In this document: positions 50,649 to 63,722 of the stretch, one piece after another
How positions within the stretch are numbered: position 1 is the stretch's first letter
Layout: each line of letters opens with the position of its first letter
Assembly (NCBI GenBank): GCA_002104905.1
Contig: MCFE01000298.1
Location: 1-64,000, forward strand
Length of the DNA: 64,000 bases
Reading direction: 5' to 3'
DNA from: Basidiobolus meristosporus CBS 931.73
Taxonomy: Eukaryota > Fungi > Basidiobolomycota
Made by a program: the position numbers and the translations under genes
Notes under the pieces: generated by a model
Databases searched by the model: none
The model's input: the letters and a program-made list of their open reading frames with translations, nothing else
Told to the model about the DNA's origin: nothing

Positions 50649-53600
50649 TGTTGTAAGAGTCTTGGAGATATTAGAGGTGATTTGGGAGGACAAGTAGATT
50701 ATGTGGTCTTCACTTAATGATTTTTTCAATGTAAAAGTAGTATTTATACTTTTACCTGGTCTTGGCATTCCAGACACATAGAATAGGTTAAGGAAGGTCT
50801 CAAGGACATGTGTGCAAAGTTTTGGGCTGTTTGGACAACTTTGAGAATTTTCATGTTCTGGGTACCAGGTATTTTGGTGAGAATATTCTAAGTGAATCCC
50901 AACAAGGAATTTGGTCAGTATTCTCTAGAATTTTAGGGTAATGATTTAAGTGACTAAGCTAGGTGAATATCTAGGTGGAATACAAATTTTTTCAACACTC
51001 TCACTCAGCTAAATGTTCATACTGACTGGTCCTAATTTTGGCCTAAAATATTCAAACTTGTCTCTAGCTAATGGTTTGGTAAATATGTCTGCAATCATTT
51101 CATCTGTAGGACAGTCAGCTGAGCTAACTAAGTTATTCTCTATAGCTTCACGTACAAAATGATGTCTAATATATATGTGCTTGATTCTAGCATGAAAAGT
51201 TGAATTTCTACCTGATTGTATACATCCTTGATTGTCTTGAAATAAAGTGATAGGCATTTTTTGACATAGGCCTAAATCTGTGAAAAGCTTTCTTAACCAC
51301 ATTGCTTTTTTTTTGCTTCACAGCCTGCCATATACTCTGCCTCTGTGGTAGAAAGTGCTACAGTTGGTTGCTTTCTTGAATTCCATGAAATTGCTCCTTT
51401 ACAGTAAAGAAAGGTGTATCCTGTGGTGGATCTTCTGTCTTGTAATTTTGTCCCCAATCAGTATCAGAGTATCCCACAAGATCCTGTTCTGAGTCCTTAT
51501 AAGTATATCTTAAGCAGATATCAGCAGTTCCTTTTAGGTATCTAAAAATCTGCTTAACTGCTGCAATATGATCAGATCCATAGTTCTGATTATGTTGACT
51601 GACAACTCCCACTGAATATGAGATATCTGGACGTGTTCCAAGCATGATATACATCAGACTGCCGATCATAGATTGATAAGGAAAGTCAGGGCTTTCAAAT
51701 GGCACTAAGCTCTCTTGATTTGGTTGAGTTTTGACCAAGTTAAGGTTTGTCTCCATTGGGGTAGCTGCCGGTTTACAGTCTTCCATTTTGTACTTCTTTA
51801 GTATATCTTGAATATACTTGGATTGGCTTAGGGTAATAGTCTGGGTACTTCTGTCTATGGAGAACTTAATCCCTAAGTAGTAACTAAGTTCTCCTAGATT
51901 GGACATCTTGAACTCCTTAGATAGGCTGGATTTAGTCACTTCCAATGTTTCTAGGTTATTGGCAGCTATAATGAGATCATCCACACACAGAGCTAATAGA
52001 ACTGGATTTGCTCTATCTGGCTTATAGTAAATACTATAGTCAGCATTACTTCTTTTGAAACTCAAAGATTCCAAATAAGAATCTATCTTGCAATTCCAGG
52101 CTCTTGGTGATTGTTTGAGACCATATAGTGACTTTTTAAGCTTGCAGACCAAATGGGGGTTATCTTGGTCAATAAACCCATCAGGCTGGTCTATATACAC
52201 ATCCTTGTCAAGTTCTCCATTCAAAAATGCAGTTTTTACATCCATTTGATGAATAAAAAACTTATATTTGGCTGCAATAGCCAATATTAATCTGATGGAA
52301 TTAAACTTGGCTACTGGTGCAAAGGTCTCAGTATAGTCAAGTCCTTTTGTTTGAGAGTATCCTTTGGACACAAGTCTTGCTTTATATCTTTCAATTGCAC
52401 CATCTGCTTTGTATTTTGTCTTGAAGACCCATCTACATCCAATTGATTTTTGGTTGAATGGTAATTTGACTAAGTCCCAAGTTTTATTTTCCAACTGGGC
52501 CTGATATTCCTCAGTCATTGCAGATCTCCATAACTTTGTCTGAGGGCTATTTAGGGCCTCTTTTACAGTCTGGGGTGCATCAATATGGACTGAATAGGCA
52601 TAGGCTAAGTTTGTACCCTCATGGATATAGTAACTTGTACTATTTCTTGTCCAATTGGATCTCCAGGCATTTGATACTGGAATGATCACTTCTAGGATAT
52701 TCCTGGGCACTGATTCTGGTGAACCATGGTTGTAGAGTCCTCTGGAGTGAAAAAATCTTCATTGTTTTGCTCTGATTCAATCCTGACAATTGGTGGACTT
52801 GGGATCAGATTTTTGTCATCATCTGATGTCATTTTTGGTGAAAATTTTGAATTTTCATCAAACACATCCCTGGACTTGATTAGCTTCTTTGCTTTGGTAT
52901 TGTAGAGTCTATATGCTTCACTCTCATTGCAGTAACCCAAAAATATGCATTTTACACTTTTTGGCTCAAATTTTGACTGATTTCCGGGCAGTTTCTTGGC
53001 ATATGCTGTACACCCAAATATCCTTAGATGTTCTGCACTTGGTCTGTATCCATACCATGCTTCAAATGGAGTAGAATCACGAAGTATTCTGTTATAACTC
53101 CTATTTTTAAGATTTACAGCAGTGGCAACTGATTCTGCCCAAAAATTGTAGGATAATTTTTGATCATGGATCATAGATCTTGCTATATCAATTATTGATC
53201 TGTTTGCGCACTCTGCTACTCCATATTGCTGTGTGGAGTATGGTACAGTAGTCTCTTGCTTTATCCCATGAATTTTGCAGAAGTGGATGAATAGTTTTGA
53301 GGTAGATTCTCCACCATTGTCAGAGTGTATTTTCTTAATTTTTTCACCAGTTTCTCTCTCCACCATGGCTTTAAATTCCCTGAGCTTAGACAGAGCTTCT
53401 TCCTTTCTCTCCACAAAGTAGACCCATGTGTATCTTCTATAATCATCAATAAGAGTGATTAAATACTTCATCCCGCCTAAGGATAAATTTTGCATAGGTC
53501 CACACAGATCTGAATGAATTAGATCTAATTTTTTCATAGTTTTGATTAACCCAGAGCTCTTGAACAATTGTCTGGCTTGTTTCCCATAGATGCAGGCTTC

Positions 53601-55310
53601 ACAGTACTCCAAATTAGCTGGGGGATCAATTTTTACTCCAGAAATTAGCTGATCTTTGATCATTTTATGCAAATAATCAAAATTGATGTGTCCAAATCTC
53701 CTATGCCAAAGCATTGGTTTCTCTTCATTTAAGTTACTTATATTGGCTTCCAGATATGATGGAATATAAGTCAACTTGTATAGATTCTGATCTCTGATGC
53801 CTAAAGCAACATGAGCACCATTTTGATCAGTGATTGTGCATCCAGTATTATCAAAACTGAAACTGAGTCCTTCTGCTGTGGCCTTGCTTACAGAGAGTAG
53901 GTTCTTGGCTACTTCTGGTACATAGAGTACTTTTTTGAAAGTCAGTTTATGGCTTCCTTCACTGCTTCTTAGGTTTACTTGGATAGTTCCTTCTCTCACT
54001 GCATCAAGTGTACTATTGTCACCCATGAAAACCTTCTTAATTGGAATTTCTTGATATTGGGTAAAAAGTTCTTTTTGGTGTGTAAAGTGTTGAGATGCTT
54101 CAGAGTCAATATACCACATCTGAGAATCCTTGTTTGTGGTCTTATTTAGTGCAGATATGAATAGTCTGTCTTCAGTTGTTGCAGCATTTCCATATTCAGG
54201 CTTTTTGTGCTGACTATCTTTCTTTTGAAGCACTGGTCTGAGGTGTGTCCTTTCCTTTTGCAGTAGTTGCAAAATAGGTTGCTGTTGCCTTTGTAGGGTC
54301 TTGGGTACCTCCTTTGTTGGTTATCATTGCTTATTAAAGCATTTTCTTCTTCCTTCTTATTGGCGCTTGATTTTCTTAATTCTTCATCCAGGAGCCTTCC
54401 ATATACGTAATTTAAGGTCAAATCTTCAGCTCTGGACTCTAGGGCTGATACAAGGCCCTGAAACTTGTCTGTCAGGCTATTCAGGATGGTAACTATCACA
54501 TCCTCATCAGTAGTTGGTATGCCCACAGATTCTATCTCATCTACCAGCAGGGTAATTCTGTTAATTAGATTTTTCATTTCTTCTCCTGGCAGCATCTTAA
54601 TAGTAAAGAATTTTTGTCTCAGATACATCTTCTTGGCAGCTGAACATGACTAGTAGGTGTCTTCTAATGCTTTCCAGGCATTCATTGCTGTTTTTGCTCT
54701 TGAGCATTGGATTAGCAATTTGTCTTTAACATTAAGGCAAATGCAGTTAAAGGCACTTTGTTCTTTCTTCTGGTACTTTAAGGCTTCCTCTCCCACGTTT
54801 TTAGGAGGGCATTCTTCTCCCATGACAATATCCCAAAGGCCTCTTTCTTGCAGTAGCATCTTCATCCTCACCTTCCACACTTGGTAGTTAGATCCATCCA
54901 ACTTTTCAGCAGAGGGAAAAATTCCAGTAATAGCAGTAGTAAACATTGCATAGAGTGACAGCTTGGGGCTCATAACCTGTTGTAAGAGTCTTGGAGATAT
55001 TAGAAGTGATTTGGGAGAACAAGTATATTATGTGGTTTTCACTTAATGATTCATTGAATGTAAAAGTAGTATTTATACTTTTACCTGGTCATGGCATTAC
55101 TAACAGATAGAATAGGTCAAGGAAGGTCCCAGGAGCATGTGTGCAAAGTTTGGGGCTGTTTGGACAACTTATCAAATTTTTATGTTCTGGGTAAGTATTC
55201 TAAGTAAATCCCAACAAGGAATTTGGTTGGTATTCTCTAGAATTTGAGGGTAATGATTTCAGTGACTAAGTTAGGTGAATATATAGGTGGAATTACAAAT
55301 TTTTACAACA
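50649..55310 (-). mobile_element. Full-length, lightly disabled Ty1/copia LTR retrotransposon (4662 bp)
   Basis: LTRs at 54978-55310 and 50649-50997. TSD CTATA/CTAAA (1 mismatch). PBS GGTTATGAGCCC. Gag (KLDGSNYQVW, CCHC), protease (WYIDSEASQH), integrase (LWHRRFGH..CEAC; HSDLCGP; SDNGGE), RT (KARLVSKG; MDVKTAFLNG; CVDD) and RNase H (QDNQGC; ADIFTKPL) in copia order. One stop and about four frameshifts. Confidence 0.97.
54961..54977 (-). promoter_or_regulatory. Copia primer-binding site complementary to the anticodon arm of initiator tRNA-Met
   Basis: GGTTATGAGCCCCAAGC immediately inside the 5' LTR. Its complement GGGCTCATAACC is the fungal tRNAiMet anticodon arm. Repeated, decayed, at about 22174, 31057, 48196 and 50228. 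Confidence 0.85.
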
Positions 55311-58010
55311 CTAAAGTGGTCTCCTTGCAGGATCCTGATGGTCAATCCAGATTGGCTACATCCACAAGGTCTAGTTATTTTTTGTAGGTAGAGCTCACAC
55401 CAAATTGATGAAAGGTTGATATGAATAACAGATCTGAATGCATTAGCCTGTGGAGTGTAGTGTTGAAGCTGAAACTGATAGTGGGTGTAGGATCCTGCAT
55501 AGATAGACAAGACAAGACAGAGGTATAACTAGATTCTCAATACAGATAATTCAATAGATATGCTGCAAAAGTAAGAGTGGTGCTGCAGTTGTGAGGTGAG
55601 AAGTGTCAAGAAGAGGCAGTAGCCGAACAATGCACAAGAGTCTACAAGCAGATTGAGTACTCAGAACTAAGAAGTGGGAGAAAAGAGGGAGAACCAATCT
55701 ACAGCAACTTAGGGGCAGCTGTACAGACAAATTTTGCCAAGGTTTTTGCACATTCAGGGTGTGATTTTTTATGATGGTACTTGTGAACTGTGATGGTATC
55801 AATACCTCTTACTTACAGGATCTCATATTTGGCACAGTCTACAGGTGGGATCATTGAAGTCATTGTTCCTAGGGATGACTTGGGCTCAAAGATTGACAAT
55901 AGGAAAATATCAATAATATCAAATATGGATAAGAAGCAGATAAGAGTACATTGCAAGATAACATCCTGTTATTATGCTGATAAAGTCCACCCTGAAGTCT
56001 AGACCCACTAATTGAGATCAATGAACTAGTCAGGGAAAAGACATCCATTCATTGACTACTCCCAAACACCCCCAGGATCCCCCTGCAAGATTCCAACCTA
56101 CCTGTACTAGACTAATCCTGAATGAGAATCCACGATGCAGATCACTTCCAAATTACCGTACCCAGAAGGTAGACTACGTAGCATGGTCAATTGTTCAGGA
56201 TACACATATGGCATACCAACTCCCATTTTAGGTAGTATCCTTGATTCAATAAACTACAGCAACCACCTCAATTTATTGGTGGGGTGTACAGAAAAAGGGG
56301 GTCACCAATATCTGAGCAGTGGGTTAGTAGCCACAATCAAAGATCGATGATTCGGAATCATGATAATAGACGCATCAAGCCTACGAGTCGTCTTTAAGCG
56401 GCAGCGCTTTATGTAGAAAATACGGGGTGTTCTACCTCCACCATCCAATCCCATCCATGCCAAACTGCTCGTAATCGGGGTTGGTTGACCTGAAGTGATC
56501 AAGGGATTCGGGATGGCCCTGAAGCCCATGTGTTTTCTTCGCCATCCATGACTCTACAAGCTCGGCCGGAAGTACAAGTACCTCATGATTACATGAAACT
56601 CATACCTCTTCCTTGAAGCACCAATTCATCATTCCTTGTCGCTTCATCTTACATGGCGCTATCAATTTAAACGTATTTCATATGTGTAATACATGGGAAT
56701 TGGTCCTAGGATACTCGGGCACGCCACCAATCGAATCAAGGCGATATGAATGGGCCGATTCGGTTCCATTTCATCCCATGGATCTCATAATTTCGTGGGT
56801 GACTGGCGTGGCAAGGACCTTGGATGTTTGTGGGTGCCAAATGCGGCTACTTTCAGGGTGACTGCTGTGGTGCTAAAATACCGAGTGGCTTAGGAATCCA
56901 GAAACTCATCACATCTGAGGTGGGTGAATCGGGTAGAGTCCCCCCCCCAGCCATCTTTGGTCACCGAACAGAGAGCATCGAGCCGCCCTCGGGTTAAAAC
57001 CTCCATTGCGTGTCTGGGTTCTTCGTACGGCGACAAATTGCTTTACATTCTGTCGGTTCCTTTCTGCGCAGTCCGGTCATGGTGTTCCATCGTTCTCCGA
57101 TACTCCACGTTGGTGGCATTGAGGATTAAGGTATTGTATATAGTTAGTATTGTTTCGGCTCCCACCTGGAGTTGTACTTGAATTTTTCCGGTTTCCAACG
57201 ATGCCCAGTGATTTTGAAGTGGTTGGCACTGGCTCAGGATGTCATGCGCTCGCTTCTTAGGTACGGCTCCTCTTAGGACGTCGGCATATATCGGAGCATT
57301 GTCGTGAAGCCCCCCCCCACTTGGTTGCATTTACGGAAGTCCTAGATGATTGCATACACAACGGTGAACCCTGTGAAGTCCGTACTTGTCAGCGAGGTCT
57401 CTGTTTACTATACCCTTAAGGTCTCATACAACACATACAGATGGCCAACTCCCTGGCAACCTACTTGTGGATTCCCTTTACTGGCATGCTTCCCATGGTG
57501 TCGAAGGCCGACGCGTCAAGCCTACGGTGGTAAAACACTCGAGTGGAGAACCTTTGCACTTAGGCTTCCCCGTTGAACAGCGAATAGGCATCACCACCAG
57601 GGGTGTTCAACATGGGTAAGGATCCGGCCAAGTGGTAAGTGAGCCATAGAATCAACTTAACTGGGCCATCACCAGTGAACGAGTCCCGAATCCGGAACAC
57701 CGTCAGTAATGGCAACCCCATCGGTGAGAATTACCGGAATTCCATTGATTTGTACTGTACCACCCTGGAACAGGAAACCATCTGCGTACTGGACGCATAC
57801 AGGGGAAACCATGGTCTCTCCCGTAGCCGCCACCCATATGTGATCAGTCATGAGTGGCATTCTTGGCATGTGGTGATCTGATGAGATGCCCATGATTGGG
57901 TATGTCCGGTATTGAGTGTACGTAGCGGTTGGTAGCACCACGAATGATCCTCTTTATTTAAACGCGCGGGGTTCTGCCTGAGCCGGACTACACTCAAGCC
58001 TCAGGTGAAG

Positions 58011-59425
58011 ATGAACGGCATCCAAGTAACCCCACACAATGTTGGCATCAAGGCCATGGAGATTTACTTCCCGAAAAAGGTAAGCCGGTTGTAGTGTCCA
58101 TCGGTCCACGCGCCCCTTACTAACCGCACCGATGATTGCAGTATGTCGAGCAGGCGGATATGGAGCAGTTCGACGGTGTTTCCGCTGGGAAATACACTCT
58201 GGGCCTCGGCCAGAACAAACTAGGCTTCTGCGACGATCGGGAGGATATCCACTCCATCTCCCTCACCGTGGTTCAGAACCTGGTGGAGCACTACGGCATC
58301 TCCTACAACGACATCGGCCGCCTGGAGGTCGGCACCGAAACCATTCTCGACAAGGCCAAGTCTTGCAAGACCGTCCTCATGCAGCTGTTCGCCGATTCGG
58401 GGAACTTCGAGGTTGAGGGCATCGACACCACCAACGCATGCTATGGTGGGACCGCCGCGCTGTCCAACGCGGTGAATTGGGTGGAGTCTTCCTCCTGGGA
58501 CGGCCGGTACGCTCTGGTGGTTGCTGCTGATATCGCCATCTATGCCAAGGGACCGGCCAGACCTACCGGTGGCACCGCAGCCGTGGCCTTGTTGGTTGGC
58601 CCCGATGCCCCTATCGTGATTGAGAAAGGGCTTCGCAGCACGTTTGTTGAACACGTCTACGACTTCTACAAGCCGGACCTGGCATCGGAGTATCCCATTG
58701 TGGATGGAAAGCTTTCGGTGGAGTGCTACGCACGCGCCTTGGACAACTGCTACCCGAAGTATCTTGCCAGGCTGGCAAAGAAGGAGAACCTCCAAAACCC
58801 CGGCCTGGAGAACTTCGACTACCTCCTGTTCCACTCCCCCTACACCAAGCTGGTGGCCAAGTCATTCGCTCGCCTAGGCTTCCACGATTTCCTTGCCAAC
58901 CACGAGGACCCCAGGTACGCTGCGGTCCAGGAATTCAAGGGCCTCCTTCCAGAGGAGACCTACACGAACCGGGATCTAGAGAAGGCGTTCATCGGAGTCA
59001 CAAAGACCATGTTCAACCAGAAGGTCGCTCCCTCGCTGACCACTGCCAAGAACATCGGCAACACCTACTGCGCCTCACTGTACGGCTGCCTCGCCTCCCT
59101 GATTTGCGGGACCCCCTACGAGACGCTGGCCGGGAAGCGGGTGGGTATGTTCTCGTACGGCTCCGGCTCCTCGTCCACTCTCTTCTCGCTTAGGGTCGTC
59201 GGATCGACCGAGGAGATGGCCAAGATCCTCGACCTCCAAAGCCGCCTCGATTCCCGGATCGCCGCATCCCCCGAGGAGTTCGACAAGGCCATGAGCTTGC
59301 GCGAAGAGACCCACCAGCTCAGGGACTACCGCCCGGTCGGCGACATCGAGTCCATCTATCCAGGGACTTACTACTTGTCCTACGTGGACGAGAAGTTTAG
59401 ACGGTTCTACGAACGCAAGAATTAG
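58011..59425 (+). CDS. ERG13: Hydroxymethylglutaryl-CoA synthase, join(58011..58079,58142..59425)
   Basis: Exon 1 MNGIQVTPHNVGIKAMEIYFPKK, then a 62-bp GTAAGC...TACTAAC...CAG intron. Catalytic motifs EVGTET, NACYGGT, FHSPY and GNTYCAS. Confidence 0.98.
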
Positions 59426-59733
59426 CCAACCCCAACTCACACCCATCCATGTCCATAGTCACTCCTACGGCTTCGTGCCATTGAGCGTTAATTAATAAAC
59501 CCCCTTTGCCATATGCATCATCCCATCCAGCTTACCACACTGTGGGCCCGTGTTCGTAGCAACATGAGGAAACGATACTCGAGCGGCCACCCTTGCGATG
59601 TTTATTTAAAAGTACTTCCTACAATTCACACTTCCTGGTCGTCCTACGGCCTTACCAACGGACGGCTAAATAGGCATCGGCAAATGGGGGTGGGGTGACG
59701 GGCTTCAACCAGGGTATCTGGAGGCTCGGTGAA

Positions 59734-60689
<956 letters not shown>

Positions 60690-61307
60690 TCTTGCAAGGA
60701 GAGGTAGAGGGTGGCGGTTCAATGATTCGTCACCTAAAGTAGTCTTAGGTTCATAGATATAATGCCAATCATGGCCACAAGGATCCAATCACAAACAAAG
60801 AAGTCAAGAATCACGATTTAAGATTCGTGGGACATCACCTTAGAATAGAATAAGAACCATTCATAATTCCGGGGGACCCAGCTGTGTGTCCATGCATGTC
60901 TCACGTCTCACGTCTCACACCATGTTGGGCATGAATGGGATCCTATTGCAAACTCCAGGCAGTCGCAACCGATTGACATATTTAGGGCTATCTGAGGTTT
61001 GTCAGCTTCAGCCTGGAATTCGCTTGGCAGGATGCAATTACCTGGAGCTGCCAAGGAGTCGGCATGCCACGAGATACATCCACCATGAGCCGTGTAACTA
61101 TGCAGCTGATTTGTCAACAAACCTTATCCAAGATCCCCCATATGCATACGCCGCATCGATCCGACTTCCAGAGCAGAGCCTGCTGCCGTCGCCTGTCGAG
61201 CCCACGGCCACCCTGAACAACGGGATATCTTTCTCCATCGGGGCCCACGCCCACAGAAAGGTGGTCATCTTGAAAATACATGCAATTTATTGAAAAGAAT
61301 GGATTGA

Positions 61308-62638
61308 TTAATTTGCGGCGTCTTCGCATTTCCAAACCTTGACGGTCTTGTCAAAGCCTGCGCTGATTAGCACGTCTAGTTTCTTGTCGTAGGAAAGCGA
61401 GCGGATGACCTCGGTGTGTCCAGCGAGGACAGCCAGCACTTTGCCGGACTTGACCTCGATGCATCGGATTTTCCGGTCATCCCCGGTGGCGAAGAAGTAC
61501 TTGCCGGATGGATGCCAAGCATGTCTGGGGTTGGAGAACTCGTCGTGGGGGATCCCGTAGAAATTGCGAGGCTGCACCGAGGATCTTACCCGGAACAATA
61601 TGGCCCTGCCGGAGCGATCGTCGGTGGAGCAGAGCAGGTACCTTCCATCGGGAGAAACGGAGAGGTCCATAGGAGTGAAGGACACCCAGTCGTCACCGTT
61701 GGAGTTCATGTTGTGCTTCTCGTACTCCAGGTTCTCGAGGTTGATGTAGTACAGATAGTTATCCTCGCGAACACCTACCACCACGTAACTTGAATCCGGT
61801 GTATAGGTCATCGCCTCGACATATCCGCGGAAGTAGAAAGTCTTCAGGAGCTCGAAAACCGGGTATCCGTTCTCGTCACTCTTGGTGGTTTTGTACAGGT
61901 TGAAAGTCTTGTCATAGGAGCAAGATGCGAAGTATTGGCCGTTGGGCGAAAACTTGACCTTCACAACATACCTTGTGTGGTTCTTGAAGCTTTGCAAGAC
62001 ATCGTTGGTTTCGATGTCTACGAGTTGGACGGTCTGATCCATACCCCCAGATAACAACAGTTTGGGATGAAGGGGATGGAAATCTGTGCTCAGAATAGCG
62101 GCATTGTGATGGGTCAAGAGGTTGATGGTTTGCTCGTTGTTGTAGTCTGTCAATTTAATGCTGCGATCTGTGGAGCCAGAGACGATGGTGGCTTGGTCGG
62201 TACCATCCTCTTGGGGCACGTGGTGAATCTGTGCAGTGAGGATATTTCCGCTATGAATGGTATCATAGGAATTGGCCAGCACAGTGGGAAAGCGGCCGTC
62301 TCCCTGCTCATTAAGCACCTCATCCTTATCTCTATATAATTCAACGGGGTGAGAACCGGCATAAAGCAACCACCCCCTCTACCAGAAATAAGGGTTAGAT
62401 CTCACCTGTCCTCGGCGAGTTTTTTCATCTTATCATCCAAGCCAGCGTTGAGGGAGTCATCAACGACGGAGATCAACGGCTTGCTAGGGTTTTTGGGGAC
62501 GTCATTATCCTCCTCGACCTGGGTCAAGAAGTACTCAGCCTCCTGCCGAAAGGTCTCGAGAGTGTCGGTGTATCCTTGGGTTTCAAGAAAATGAGCGACC
62601 AGCGCATGGGTGTAGAGTAAGCTTCCTAATCTCTCCAT
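61308..62638 (-). CDS. LisH + WD40-repeat protein, join(62638..62406,62331..61308)
   Basis: N-terminal LisH-like motif (ALVAHFLETQGYTDTLETFRQEA). An in-frame GTGAGA...TAG intron. About seven WD-like repeats (SGSTDRSIKL, SGGMDQTVQL, SCSYDKTFNL, SAGFDKTVKVW). Confidence 0.9.
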
Positions 62639-63722
62639 GTTACTGTTGACGGGTTCAAAATAAGGTAAATCTTCACAGGTGGAATGAACCTTTTATTGAG
62701 GAGATTTCTAAACCAGGCTCGTCCTGAAGATTAGGCCATAGTAATCCGATATTAATTAAGAAGGATCTATGGAAATGATTGGAAAGTTCGATTCCAATTA
62801 ACTGTGCTGAATGTGCATGAGAAGTATCCATTGAAAACCGCTCGAATGTTGGCTGCTTTCCAATAATATTCCAATATAACCAACTGTGCGCATAAATCGA
62901 CAGCAAAGCGATTTGGAGAGGGAGGCGGGGCTCTGATTGGTCTCTGGCCACCCAACGCTCAATACTCATCACACACCTGGGAACTGGCTTGATTGTTGCA
63001 CATTCATGGATGTATGTGACCAAGAGACTTCCTAATCAGTGGCGGGCTGAGGTGAAGGTTATATTTCGATTGGAAATGGAAAGATGCAATTGTGGCGAAC
63101 ATCAACTGGACTTTTCTGGCAACAGGCCGATACGATGTATCCCTTGTTAGTCTCCACCCTGGCATCGTCCTACTTGTATACCAGGCATTACTCCCTACTG
63201 GGAAGTTTGGCTGTAGCCCCGGATATTGCTCTTCTGGATTAAGCTTCGTGTATCACAAACATTGGTAGCTCGCCTTGTCGCAAATAGAATTACATGTGGT
63301 TTTCACTATAAGTCTGCGTCCCGGATGGTTTGGACTTTCTGTAAGGTAGCACTGAGATTCAGAGATACCTCATGAATGAGTGAGAATCTACAACTCCGGC
63401 AAAAGCACAGAAAGCGCCACATAGCGGTTACGTGTATCGACGGAAGCGGAGCAGGAGGGGTTCCCATGGGTAGAGAAAAAGCGGCTCGATTAATACTGCG
63501 TTGGATCCAGCGCTCTTTGGAATTCAGAGGGGGTGGGTTCATCCAGGCTATGGAATATGGCCCTTAGAGAGGCCTCAATCATCAGGAGGAACCGGCAGGG
63601 TGGCGGATATCCCGATGAAAATCCATCGTAATTTCGGCTCTACGTCGATTTAGCGATTTGTATTTCTCAGTCACACAGACCAGACTAGCATATTTTTTGT
63701 TTTATCACATTTGCTCTCCAGG

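Noticed and set aside
54225-54260. Programmed gag-pol frameshift in the copia element
   Set aside because: The break is a single-base loss in an A-run (CFKKKDSQ expected), and similar breaks occur elsewhere in pol. Decay is the simpler explanation.
54961-54977. tRNA gene suggested by GGGCTCATAACC
   Set aside because: Only the anticodon arm is present, and it abuts an LTR. It is a PBS, not a tRNA gene.
8154-56340. Classical Neurospora-type RIP (CpA to TpA) as the dominant process
   Set aside because: CpA and TpG are abundant rather than depleted, and it is CpG that is missing. Any CpA effect is at most secondary.
56600-56760. hAT dimerisation-like string (FDWWRA...FP) on the minus strand
   Set aside because: It lacks the S..ER.FS core, is interrupted by stops, and no hAT termini were seen.
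58132-59446. Overlapping and antisense ORFs across ERG13 (e.g. 58220-58834, 58723-59193, 59075-59446)
   Set aside because: These are shadow frames expected from GC-rich codon usage in a conserved gene.
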